From IMG/VR virus record IMGVR_UViG_3300036760_000504, positions 1-53,893 of that record: a stretch of DNA of 53,893 bases, one strand, 5' to 3'. The notes beneath the pieces were generated by a model. It ran no database searches. It was not told the DNA's origin and saw only the letters and a program-made list of their open reading frames with translations. A program made the translations under genes and the position numbers. Shown here in pieces: positions 33,589 to 42,269 of this stretch (positions are counted from its first letter, which is position 1; each line of letters opens with the position of its first letter). Source of the DNA: a virus (lineage: Duplodnaviria; Caudoviricetes).

Positions 33589-35417
33589 AAATTCAATCCA
33601 TCGAAATCCACAACGTACTCGCCCTGGAGCAGGTGACGCTTGAACTCCAGGCCCCCATAAACCTACTTATCGGCCCTAACGAGGCGGGCAAGTCCAGCAT
33701 TAGGGATAGTCTGCAAGTCGCCCTCACGGGCCAGGCCCGGGGCTTAAAGAAGCACGAGGATCAAGCATACCTCATCCGGGAGGGCGCCAAGGCCGCGGAT
33801 ATCAAGATCATCCTGGCGGACGGCCAGGACCCGATAACCTGGCATAAGACCCCCAAGGTAGCGGCCACCAGAACCGGCCCGATCCCCGATGACGCGGTTA
33901 TGATGAGCATCCTGGCGGACCCCATGCACTTCCTTTCTCTGGAAGATAAGGCCCGGCGGGAGGTGCTTTTCCGGTTGATACCCGGACTTTCCCCCACCTC
34001 CGGCGCCCTGGCAAAAGAGCTGGCAGCGGTCCCCGGGGTTAAAGAAATCATCGGGGAAGAGGTGCACCCGGCCTGGCAAGCGGTTTCCGGCCTGGGTCAC
34101 ATGGCCGCGACTGAGGGTTTTCAGAAAGCCGAAAACGAAGCCATAATCCGACGTCGCCTCGCCAAACGCACCCGAGACGAGGCCCAGGTGAAGGACCCCG
34201 CAACCAAGGCCACCATCGGCGGGGTGCTCCGCATCCTTCCCGACATTCAGTCGGCGGACGTGGAGGCCGGGCTGTCCACGATCCGGGCCGAACGGGACAA
34301 ACTGCAGCGCACCCGGGGCAAAGTAGAGGCCCAGGCCGACCAGCTCCCGGAGTTGGAAGCGGCCCTGGTATCCCTGGAAGCCTCCCCCCCGGAGGCCCCG
34401 GACCCCGACCGCCCGGTGGAGGACTTTGTCAAGGCACTGGAAATCAACCAAGGCATCCTGGTAAAGTGTCGGGCGAAAGTGGCGGCGATGACTGAGGGTC
34501 AGGACCCGCAGAAGTTCCCGGCCCTGTGCCCGGCTTTTAATATCGGGTGCCCCAGCGCCGGGAAGGAGGCCATCAAGGGCACGAAGCCCAAGGACGTGGA
34601 CCCCAAGGCCCTGGCTAAGGCCCAGGCCGACCTCCAGGAGCAGGAAAAGGAAGTCGGGCTGATCGAAGCCGACCTTGCGGCCGCACGGCTGGCCCAGGCC
34701 ACCTATGATGATTACACGAAGCAGCGCCAGGCCCTGGTGGACAAGATCGCCAAGATTAAGGAGGCTCAGGGTCAGGCCGTGGACGCGGCCACCATCGACG
34801 AACAGATCACCGCCCTGGACCAGCGCATGGTTATCGGCCACGAACTGCTGGACGCGGTGCGGGAGTTCTGGCGCAAGAAAGATGCGGCGGACCAGGCGGC
34901 CGGCAAGTTGGCTGAGGTCGAAAAGGAGATTGCCCTGTACGATGCTTTGGCTAAGGCCCTGGCCCCGGATGGTATCCCGAGCACCTTGATCGCTGAGGCC
35001 CTGGGACCGGTGAATGAACGGTTGGCCTTTGCCTCCGGGTATCTATTCCCGGACATTGACGAACATGAACCCCTGCACCTTACGCAAGATCTGGAGGTTT
35101 ACCGGGGGATCACCCCCTATGCGCTTTTATCGAAGTCCGCCAGATACAGAACCGGGATTGCTTTTCAATTTGCCCTGGCCGTTCTATCCGGGGCAAGGAT
35201 CATGATGATCGATGAAGGCGACATCCTGGACCCTCCGAACAGAGCCAACCTCATTGATTTTCTCCTGGCCATCCGTCAGGATTTCGACACGATCCTCGTA
35301 TTCGCCACTAGTGACCATGCCGACCCTTCACCTATCCCGGAGCTGGCAGTCTGGTGGTTGGAGGAGGGGAGGATCAGCCCGGTGGTGATGCAGGAGATGA
35401 AGGAACAGGCCGCCTGA
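33585..35417 (+). CDS. SMC/Rad50(SbcC)-like ATPase
   Basis: Walker A GPNEAGKS, coiled coil with central CPAFNIGCP, LSKSARY signature, Walker B MMIDEGD. Confidence 0.85.
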   Translation: MKIQSIEIHNVLALEQVTLELQAPINLLIGPNEAGKSSIRDSLQVALTGQARGLKKHEDQAYLIREGAKAADIKIILADGQDPITWHKTPKVAATRTGPIPDDAVMMSILADPMHFLSLEDKARREVLFRLIPGLSPTSGALAKELAAVPGVKEIIGEEVHPAWQAVSGLGHMAATEGFQKAENEAIIRRRLAKRTRDEAQVKDPATKATIGGVLRILPDIQSADVEAGLSTIRAERDKLQRTRGKVEAQADQLPELEAALVSLEASPPEAPDPDRPVEDFVKALEINQGILVKCRAKVAAMTEGQDPQKFPALCPAFNIGCPSAGKEAIKGTKPKDVDPKALAKAQADLQEQEKEVGLIEADLAAARLAQATYDDYTKQRQALVDKIAKIKEAQGQAVDAATIDEQITALDQRMVIGHELLDAVREFWRKKDAADQAAGKLAEVEKEIALYDALAKALAPDGIPSTLIAEALGPVNERLAFASGYLFPDIDEHEPLHLTQDLEVYRGITPYALLSKSARYRTGIAFQFALAVLSGARIMMIDEGDILDPPNRANLIDFLLAIRQDFDTILVFATSDHADPSPIPELAVWWLEEGRISPVVMQEMKEQAA

Positions 35418-35449
35418 TAGGTGGCAGTAAAATACTTACCAAACTCAGC

Positions 35450-35485
35450 GCCGGGGTCCCTTCGGGGGTCCCGGCTCTTTTTTTT
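35450..35485 (+). terminator. Intrinsic terminator ending the early operon
   Basis: GCCGGGGTCCC-TTCG-GGGGTCCCGGC followed by a T-run. Confidence 0.8.
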
Positions 35486-35672
35486 GCTCAAAATCTGCTA
35501 CGTCAATATTCATGCCAAAAAACCGCAGTGGCCGCAAATGCCATGCCTGTGTCACCCCCTAAAAATGCTTTGCCGTGAATAAATAAATACTTAGCCCCTC
35601 TCACAAAAAATGCACGTGGCCACAAATGCCCGGTTGCATTATTGAATTGGTAAGCTGACAATTCTGTAAGAT

Positions 35673-38600
35673 ATGGGACTCATACGCCGAGGATTGGAAT
35701 ATGTGCAGCGATTGGGTGGCCTCTTGGGGAGGGGTTCGGACGACGGGCGTGATATAGTGATGCGCCAGGCCGATCCCATCTCCCCCACCTTCGGGGCCGT
35801 CGAACAGAGGTTCATGGCCGGCTCTTTTAGCCTGTCAAACCTCTTGCCCGGCGTGACAAAACCATACACCCAGCACGTCTGGGTCTATGCCTGTGTCAAT
35901 GCCATCGCCCAGAACATCGCCGGGGTCCCCCTGAATTTCTACTCCGGCACGAAAAAGAACAAGCGCCTGATAGAGTCAGGTCCCCTGGTCAAGTTATTTG
36001 AAACCCCGAACCCCATGATGAGCGGGTATCAGCTCATCGAAGCCACGCTCATTTTCCTGGGGATCACCGGGGAGGCGTTCTACATCCTGGACCGGCCCAA
36101 TATCACCGCCCTGCCGAGAGAAATCTGGACCTTTCACCCTAGCCGGTTTGAGCATGTGCCAGCGAAGAATGGCGGAGGCCAGGGGTGGATTTACAGCAAG
36201 GGCAGCCAACGAATCCCCCTGGAACCGTATGAGATGGTCCATTTCAGGCGGTTCAATCCCTACGATGATTACCGCGGCCTTTCTCCTATTGAGGTGGCCC
36301 GGCTGAGTCTTGAACAGGATAACTATGCCGCGCAATACAACCGCAATTTTTTCATCAATGGCGCCCAGCCCGGCGGGGTCCTGGAAAGCAAAGAGAACCT
36401 GATGCAGGAGGAGTTTGACCGCCTCCTGGCGCAATGGAATGACCGGCACCAGGGCATCGACAAGGTCCACCAGATAGCCCTCCTGGAAGGCGGAATAACT
36501 TACAAGCAAACCAGCCTGTCTCAATCAGACATGCTCTTCCTGGAAGGCCGGAAGCTGAATCGGGATGAAATCCTGGGCGGGATTTACAAGGTCCCCCTGG
36601 GTGAACTTGGGCTTAATGAAGATGTGGGATCTGAAGCGCGGGAAAAGGTGCGCCGGAAACAGTTCTGGGAGACATGCCTTGACCCCCAGATGGTCCTCCT
36701 CGAGATGGGGTTATGGAGCCAGCTATGTCGTGACCTCACCGGCCCTGAAGTATGGCCGGAGTTTGACCGCAAATCCGTCCCGGCCCTTCAGGAAGACCGG
36801 GACCTGCTCTTGGGGCAGGCGGGGAAACTTTGGGCCATGGGCTATCCGGCCAACGTGGTCAACGAATATCTGGATCTGGGGTTGCCTAAGATTGAGGGCG
36901 GCGATACTGGCTACCTCCCCTTCAATTTGCAGCCGGTAGGGTCCGTCGCTTCCGCTCCCTCGGCTACTGAACCGCAGAAAGCTACGGTCATCTCAATTCA
37001 GGATGCTCCGCTAAAATCCCTGCCCGCCCCAGCCAAGGCCAAGCATGACCCTAAGACATATTGGCAGGAATGGAACAAACTGCGCTCTGCTCTGGAGGAA
37101 AAGGCCCACAGCAAAATCAAGAGATTTTTCTATGAGCAGCGCAAGGTCCAACTCAAACTCCTGGCCGACAAGCTGGGCGGGAAAGCGGTCTTCAAAGAGT
37201 TTGTGGACGACCTCCTGTTCCCGGCGGCCGAAGCCAACGAGCAACTCCAAAAGACATTATCCGGTCTTTACCTGAACATCGGCCAGGCCGCCGGTGAAGA
37301 CCTCTACGCCGGTCTGAATTTTGACCCTTCGGACTTTGTTATGGCCGACAGCGACGCCATTTCCGTTCTGCTGGAAAAGCTCGTGCAGAAGGTGGTGGAT
37401 ATTAACGAGATCACCCGCAGTCAACTCCGGGACGCTATATCTGAGGGCCTGTCGAAAGTTGAGTCTGTCGGCAAAATTCAGGACCGGGTGCGAGAAGTCT
37501 TCAACTCCTATGAGCACCCTGACAAAGGATCGTTTTCCCGTAGTTTGACCATTGCCCGAACGGAAACGGGCCAGGCCATGGCAACGGCTCGGGATTCGGC
37601 CATGGACCAGTTGAAGGTGGAGAAACTTGAGTGGGGCACGGCGGGGGACGGGGAAGTCAGGGAATCCCACGCGGCCCAGGATGGGATGATAGTGCAGCGC
37701 GGTGAAACCTTCCCGAACGGCTGTCGTTATCCCTGCGATCCGGCGGGGGAGGCGGGGGAAGTGATCAACTGCTTTCTGGACCACCAGGTTCCTATTTTCA
37801 CTACTGAAGGTTGGAAACCCATTGGCAAGATTCGGCCTGGCGACATGGTGCTTACTCATAGAAACCGCTTCCGGCCTGTTTTAAGGCTGTCACCCCAGCC
37901 CACTTATGCCGGCAAAGCAGTCAAGTTGGTCCTGTCTGGTACTACAGGGAACGGACGCCGCGGCATCTTGATTACCCCGAACCACAAATTTTTAATGGCG
38001 GGGGGTTCATGGAAGCGGGCACAGGACATTCGGGCTGGCGAGTCTGTGCAGGTCATGGCTTCTTTTTGCGGGTATTGCGGCACCCCCATCCCCTACTGGC
38101 GGAAATACTGTGACCATTCCTGCTTGAGCAAAGCCATTACCAAAAAGCAATGGAGCAACTCGGCCCACCGGGAAAACATCAGCCGCAAGGCCAGTGCGCA
38201 GATGATAAGGGAATATGCGGCGGGGATAAGAGACCCGAAAGAAATTGTCAAAAAGGCCCGGAGGGTTTGCTTCGAGAAGTATGGTGCCGGTGGAATTTTT
38301 GCAATAGCGGATCGGTCTCCAGGGACGCCGTTTCGAGAAAGCATAGAGGCCGGAATCACCAGGAAATGGGGGTCTCGTCTGGCAATGCTCAAAAAGACGG
38401 CCTTCGTTGGTTGCGGCAAGGCAAGTTGGCATGGCTCAAGTTTTGACCGGAAGCTGAAAGCAGTGTTAGACAAGGAAGGCAGAGGATACATTCAACAGTT
38501 CCGGGTAGGTAAAAGGCGAGTCGATTTTTACCTGCCTGATGAAAAGCTCTTCATTGAATGTGACACCCCTATCTATCACGGCCCAGAAAGCGTGTTTGGC

Positions 38601-38903
38601 TACCATAGAAACGAACGGAAAAGAGACCTCGAAATTCTTACTCAATACCCAGACCACAAAATAGAGCACATAATTTTTGACGGCAATGCTCCCCCCCGCC
38701 ATAAGACCTTCGACCTGCTCACTTTAAATCATGCCGGAACTTACGCCCAAATTAAAGTTGAAATATCCGAGGCCGACATTGTTGAACTCAGGAAGCCCCG
38801 GCGCACCTATAACTTCGCAGTAGAAGAGGATGAAAGCTATATAGCCAAGGGGTTTGTCGCATCGAACTGCCGGTGTGTCAGCATTCCCGTACTGGAGGGT
38901 TGA
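35673..38903 (+). CDS. HK97-type portal fused to gpF/gp7-like head morphogenesis domain, containing an intein
   Basis: WVYACVNAIAQNIA, RGLSPIE, FFINGAQPGGVL; then RSLTIARTET, W.TAGDGEVRESH, IN-C[intein]N-CRC. Confidence 0.9.
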   Translation: MGLIRRGLEYVQRLGGLLGRGSDDGRDIVMRQADPISPTFGAVEQRFMAGSFSLSNLLPGVTKPYTQHVWVYACVNAIAQNIAGVPLNFYSGTKKNKRLIESGPLVKLFETPNPMMSGYQLIEATLIFLGITGEAFYILDRPNITALPREIWTFHPSRFEHVPAKNGGGQGWIYSKGSQRIPLEPYEMVHFRRFNPYDDYRGLSPIEVARLSLEQDNYAAQYNRNFFINGAQPGGVLESKENLMQEEFDRLLAQWNDRHQGIDKVHQIALLEGGITYKQTSLSQSDMLFLEGRKLNRDEILGGIYKVPLGELGLNEDVGSEAREKVRRKQFWETCLDPQMVLLEMGLWSQLCRDLTGPEVWPEFDRKSVPALQEDRDLLLGQAGKLWAMGYPANVVNEYLDLGLPKIEGGDTGYLPFNLQPVGSVASAPSATEPQKATVISIQDAPLKSLPAPAKAKHDPKTYWQEWNKLRSALEEKAHSKIKRFFYEQRKVQLKLLADKLGGKAVFKEFVDDLLFPAAEANEQLQKTLSGLYLNIGQAAGEDLYAGLNFDPSDFVMADSDAISVLLEKLVQKVVDINEITRSQLRDAISEGLSKVESVGKIQDRVREVFNSYEHPDKGSFSRSLTIARTETGQAMATARDSAMDQLKVEKLEWGTAGDGEVRESHAAQDGMIVQRGETFPNGCRYPCDPAGEAGEVINCFLDHQVPIFTTEGWKPIGKIRPGDMVLTHRNRFRPVLRLSPQPTYAGKAVKLVLSGTTGNGRRGILITPNHKFLMAGGSWKRAQDIRAGESVQVMASFCGYCGTPIPYWRKYCDHSCLSKAITKKQWSNSAHRENISRKASAQMIREYAAGIRDPKEIVKKARRVCFEKYGAGGIFAIADRSPGTPFRESIEAGITRKWGSRLAMLKKTAFVGCGKASWHGSSFDRKLKAVLDKEGRGYIQQFRVGKRRVDFYLPDEKLFIECDTPIYHGPESVFGYHRNERKRDLEILTQYPDHKIEHIIFDGNAPPRHKTFDLLTLNHAGTYAQIKVEISEADIVELRKPRRTYNFAVEEDESYIAKGFVASNCRCVSIPVLEG
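37770..38867 (+). mobile_element. Intein (366 aa) with DUF559/Vsr-like endonuclease
   Basis: N-term CFLDHQVPIFTTEGWKPIG..GDMVLTH; ITPNHKFL block B; TYNFAVEEDESYIAKGFVASN then +1 Cys; internal QFRVGKRRVDFYLPDEKLFIECD..YH. Confidence 0.9.
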
Positions 38904-38907
38904 GGCC

Positions 38908-39183
38908 ATGACAATCAAGATAGGCGTGCGATTCTCGCCAAGGGTTTTGGAGATGCTGATGAGAGTTGGAACCAGGATTACCGGCGAGCATGGGTTTGCT
39001 GTTCGCCTTACCGAAGACGGTATCCCGGAGAATTTCAAACTGCTCAATAGCGGGGTGGACCCGGAGACGGGTGAATTTTTCCTGGTGTTCAGCGAAGGTG
39101 GCCAGAAGTCGCCCGATCCGGTGCAATGGCAGTCCCCAATTTACGAGAAAGTGAAGGAGGCAAGCAATGGAACTGATTCATAA
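38908..39183 (+). CDS. Hypothetical protein
   Basis: Fills the gap between portal and protease; GAGG RBS. Confidence 0.55.
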   Translation: MTIKIGVRFSPRVLEMLMRVGTRITGEHGFAVRLTEDGIPENFKLLNSGVDPETGEFFLVFSEGGQKSPDPVQWQSPIYEKVKEASNGTDS

Positions 39184-40483
39184 GACCATAGATTTTCAAG
39201 TCCGCGAGGTGGGCGATCCAACCGACCGGGTTTTGGAATTTGTCGGTTCTACCGCTGACGTGGATCGCTACGGCGACATCATCGAAGTGGAAGGCTGGGA
39301 CCTGAAGAACTTCAAGAAAAACTCCCCCTTTCTCTGGGTGCATAATTACGTGGCCCCCCCGGTCGGCACGGTGGTTAAGGCATTTACCGACGAGAGGGGT
39401 TTGATCTGCCACACCTATTTCCCCACAGATGAGGAAATCGCCGTCCAGGGCTGGCCCAGCAATATCCCGACGCCGGAAACGGTTTACCGGCTTTATAAAA
39501 TCGGCTCACTCAAAGCGACCTCCGTTGGGTTTGCCGGACTGGAGCGGGAACCGATCATCGACAAGAAAAACGGGGGCCAGCAGACCGGCTGGCGTTATCT
39601 CAAATCCGAGCTTTACGAGCTCTCGGCTGTCCCCGTCCCCGCCAACCCCTATGCGGTGATCCAGCAGGCGGTCCAAAAAGGGGTCATCTCGGAAGAGCAG
39701 GCCCGGGTCTTTCAGGCCAGCGATCCTCTGGAAGAGAAGGGCATCATCCCCTACAAGGAATACCCCACCGATGAACCCGGGGCAGCTTGGGATGGGCCGG
39801 CAGAGATTAAGGCTGCGGAGGTTTCTGACCTCAAGAAAATGTGCGCCTGGTTCGACTCCGAGAACCCCGATATCAAGAACTCCTATAAACTCCCCCACCA
39901 CCGGGCCAAGGGATACAACACCGTATGGAAAGGTGTCTCGGCGGCCATGGGTGCTCTTCTGGGGGCCAGAGGCGGGGTGAATATCCCTGATGCTGACCGT
40001 AAGGGGGTCTATAACCACCTGGCAAAGCATTATGCCCAGTTTCAGAAGACCCCGCCAGAGTTTAAGAACTACATGGAGATAATCGAATCCCTCGAAGCCG
40101 AATTGGCCGAGGCCAAAGCCCAGGCCCCCAAGCCCCTCACAATGTCCCTGATCCTGGATGAAAAGCAGCTTGAGGCGATCCGGCAGGATGTGGCGAAACA
40201 ATTCGATTTTGATGCCCTCACCAAAGCCGGCGCCGTCCTCAGCGCCAAAAACAAGGCCGCCCTGAAAGATGCCCAGGCCTTGATTCAGCAGGTCCTGGAT
40301 GCAGCCGAACCCGTCGGCAATGAAGGCAAGGCGGCTACCTCCAAAAAGAGCATTTATTCTCCCGCGTCAAACCCTGGCCCTGAGCCTGAAGGGGAGAGAC
40401 GAGCGGAGAGAGTTGAAGTCGATATGACTGAAATCCGAAATCTTACCAAAAACCTTCATACAAGCATGTGCCCTGACAAGTAA
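39167..40483 (+). CDS. HK97-type prohead protease with extra C-terminal domains
   Basis: STADVDRYGDII, FLWVHN, ATSVGF, ELYELSAVPVPANP; later YKLPHH..LLGARGG domain. Confidence 0.9.
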   Translation: MELIHKTIDFQVREVGDPTDRVLEFVGSTADVDRYGDIIEVEGWDLKNFKKNSPFLWVHNYVAPPVGTVVKAFTDERGLICHTYFPTDEEIAVQGWPSNIPTPETVYRLYKIGSLKATSVGFAGLEREPIIDKKNGGQQTGWRYLKSELYELSAVPVPANPYAVIQQAVQKGVISEEQARVFQASDPLEEKGIIPYKEYPTDEPGAAWDGPAEIKAAEVSDLKKMCAWFDSENPDIKNSYKLPHHRAKGYNTVWKGVSAAMGALLGARGGVNIPDADRKGVYNHLAKHYAQFQKTPPEFKNYMEIIESLEAELAEAKAQAPKPLTMSLILDEKQLEAIRQDVAKQFDFDALTKAGAVLSAKNKAALKDAQALIQQVLDAAEPVGNEGKAATSKKSIYSPASNPGPEPEGERRAERVEVDMTEIRNLTKNLHTSMCPDK

Positions 40484-40501
40484 CGGGGCAAAGGAGCAAA
40501 T

Positions 40502-41767
40502 ATGCCGAACACTGCACTGGCAGAAGAGATAAAGGCGATGTTGGCCGATGTCAAGGGCCAGCTCGAAACCAAAACTGAGGACGGCCAGGTCATCAAACTG
40601 ATCGACCTCTTTAAGATGTTCCCGGTGCTCCAGGAGAAGTACACCTCCCTGGAAATCCGCCTGCAAGAGTTCGAGAAGCAGGCCAAGAGCCGCAAGTGGG
40701 CGGGGCTGCCCGGGCTCGAACTGGACGCCGACAAGTTTTCCATCCTGCGGGCGCTGCCCTACATCAAGAACAACGTCCCCATGGACAACTGGAAGAACGC
40801 CGAGTTTGAGGCCGACGTGTTCCGGCAGACGGCACAACAGCGCACTATGGGAACCACGGATGACGCGACCGGCGGTTATCTCGTGCCGGCCCAGGCCATG
40901 CCCGACTTCATCGAAATGTACCGGGCTGAGTCGGTCTGCGTGAGCATGGGGGCCCGGGTCCTCTCCGGCCTCACCGGAAGCCCGGTGACCTTCGTCAAGC
41001 AAACCGGCGGATGCACTGCCTACTGGGTAGGTGAAGGCGGCGCCATCACCCCGTCTGACCTGGGCACTGGCCTGATCAAGATGGTTCCCAAGAAACTGGC
41101 GGGGCTGACCTACATCAACAACGAACTGATCCGGCGCGGGTCCCCGTCGGCTGAGGCCCTGGTGCGCCAGGACTTCGCTATGGCCTTGGGCCTGGCCCTG
41201 GACCTGGCTATTCTCCGCGGCTCTGGTTCGGAAAACCAGCCCCTGGGGATCGCCAATACGGTCGGGATCAACACCGTCACTCTGGGGACCGGGTCCGGTG
41301 CGGTACCGGATTGGGTCAACCCCTGGCCGCAAATGCGGTATGAACTGGCGGTGGACAACGCCCTGCGCGGCAAACTGGGGTTCGTGTTTCACCCGGCCAT
41401 CTCCAATGTGCTGCGCAAACTGCGGAATCCGTACTTCTCCGGGGATACCGGCGGGGAATACCCGCTCCTGCCCTTGACCGACCCGCAGATCGCCGCGGCA
41501 ATCGGTTATCCCTTCGCCGAAACCACGCAGCTCCCCATCAATCTGGTGGCCAGCGGCTCCACCAACTGCACCGAGATTTATTTCGGCAACTGGCTGGAGG
41601 TGCTGATCGGCGAATGGATGGGGTTTGAGGTCCTAGCCTCGAACGTGGCCGGGACCGCTTTCTCCACCGACCAGACTTGGGTGCGGATTCTCACGGAAGT
41701 TGATACGGCGCTGCGGCACGCCGAGAGCTTCTGTCTCTGCAATACCGCCCGGATCGCTGCGGCGTAA
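40502..41767 (+). CDS. Major capsid protein (HK97 fold)
   Basis: GGYLVP, AYWVGEG, PKKLA, LDLAILRGSG..QPLGI, FSTDQTWVR. Confidence 0.93.
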   Translation: MPNTALAEEIKAMLADVKGQLETKTEDGQVIKLIDLFKMFPVLQEKYTSLEIRLQEFEKQAKSRKWAGLPGLELDADKFSILRALPYIKNNVPMDNWKNAEFEADVFRQTAQQRTMGTTDDATGGYLVPAQAMPDFIEMYRAESVCVSMGARVLSGLTGSPVTFVKQTGGCTAYWVGEGGAITPSDLGTGLIKMVPKKLAGLTYINNELIRRGSPSAEALVRQDFAMALGLALDLAILRGSGSENQPLGIANTVGINTVTLGTGSGAVPDWVNPWPQMRYELAVDNALRGKLGFVFHPAISNVLRKLRNPYFSGDTGGEYPLLPLTDPQIAAAIGYPFAETTQLPINLVASGSTNCTEIYFGNWLEVLIGEWMGFEVLASNVAGTAFSTDQTWVRILTEVDTALRHAESFCLCNTARIAAA

Positions 41768-41833
41768 CCTGAAACCCTGACATGGGGGCCAGGGTCTTAG
41801 GGTTCTGGCCCCGTTACCATAAGGAGAAATGAC

Positions 41834-42256
41834 ATGCCGAAAAGAACTGCTTCTCAAGAAATGGTGCCCAAGGTGCTCCACACCCCTATAGCCCAGGCCG
41901 CCGGGACCGTCAATGGCACCGGGATTGACTGCATGGGGTATGATGAGTCCCTTATCCTCCTGGCCCTGGGGACCATCCCCAGTACCGGGACGGTTGACGT
42001 GAAAATTCAAGAATCCAGGGATAACGGCGTGGCGGACACTTTCACCGACATCACCGGCGCGGTCTTCACCCAAAAGGTTGCGGGCACGGGTGCCCTAACC
42101 TACGTGGGCCGGATCAACCTGCACGGGCGGAAACGCTATCTGCGCTCTGTCGTGGTGGTGGCGAACCAGACTGTCCCCATGGGCGTCCTGGCGATTCTCT
42201 CCCAGGCCCAGGTGAACCCGGTTACTCAGGTCAACGCCGTGGCTTTTAACGTCTAA
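41834..42256 (+). CDS. Capsid decoration / cement-like protein
   Basis: Follows the capsid gene; TVNGTGID..VKIQES..KRYLR beta-rich pattern. Confidence 0.65.
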   Translation: MPKRTASQEMVPKVLHTPIAQAAGTVNGTGIDCMGYDESLILLALGTIPSTGTVDVKIQESRDNGVADTFTDITGAVFTQKVAGTGALTYVGRINLHGRKRYLRSVVVVANQTVPMGVLAILSQAQVNPVTQVNAVAFNV

Positions 42257-42269
42257 CGCATCGAACGGA

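Noticed and set aside
33744-34841. 365-aa minus-strand ORF (also 51643-52509, 40367-41392, 16826-17557)
   Set aside because: Antisense shadows of well-supported GC-rich plus-strand genes.
41785-41812. Intrinsic terminator after the capsid gene
   Set aside because: A GC hairpin is present but lacks a U-tract; more likely a stabilising or attenuating stem.
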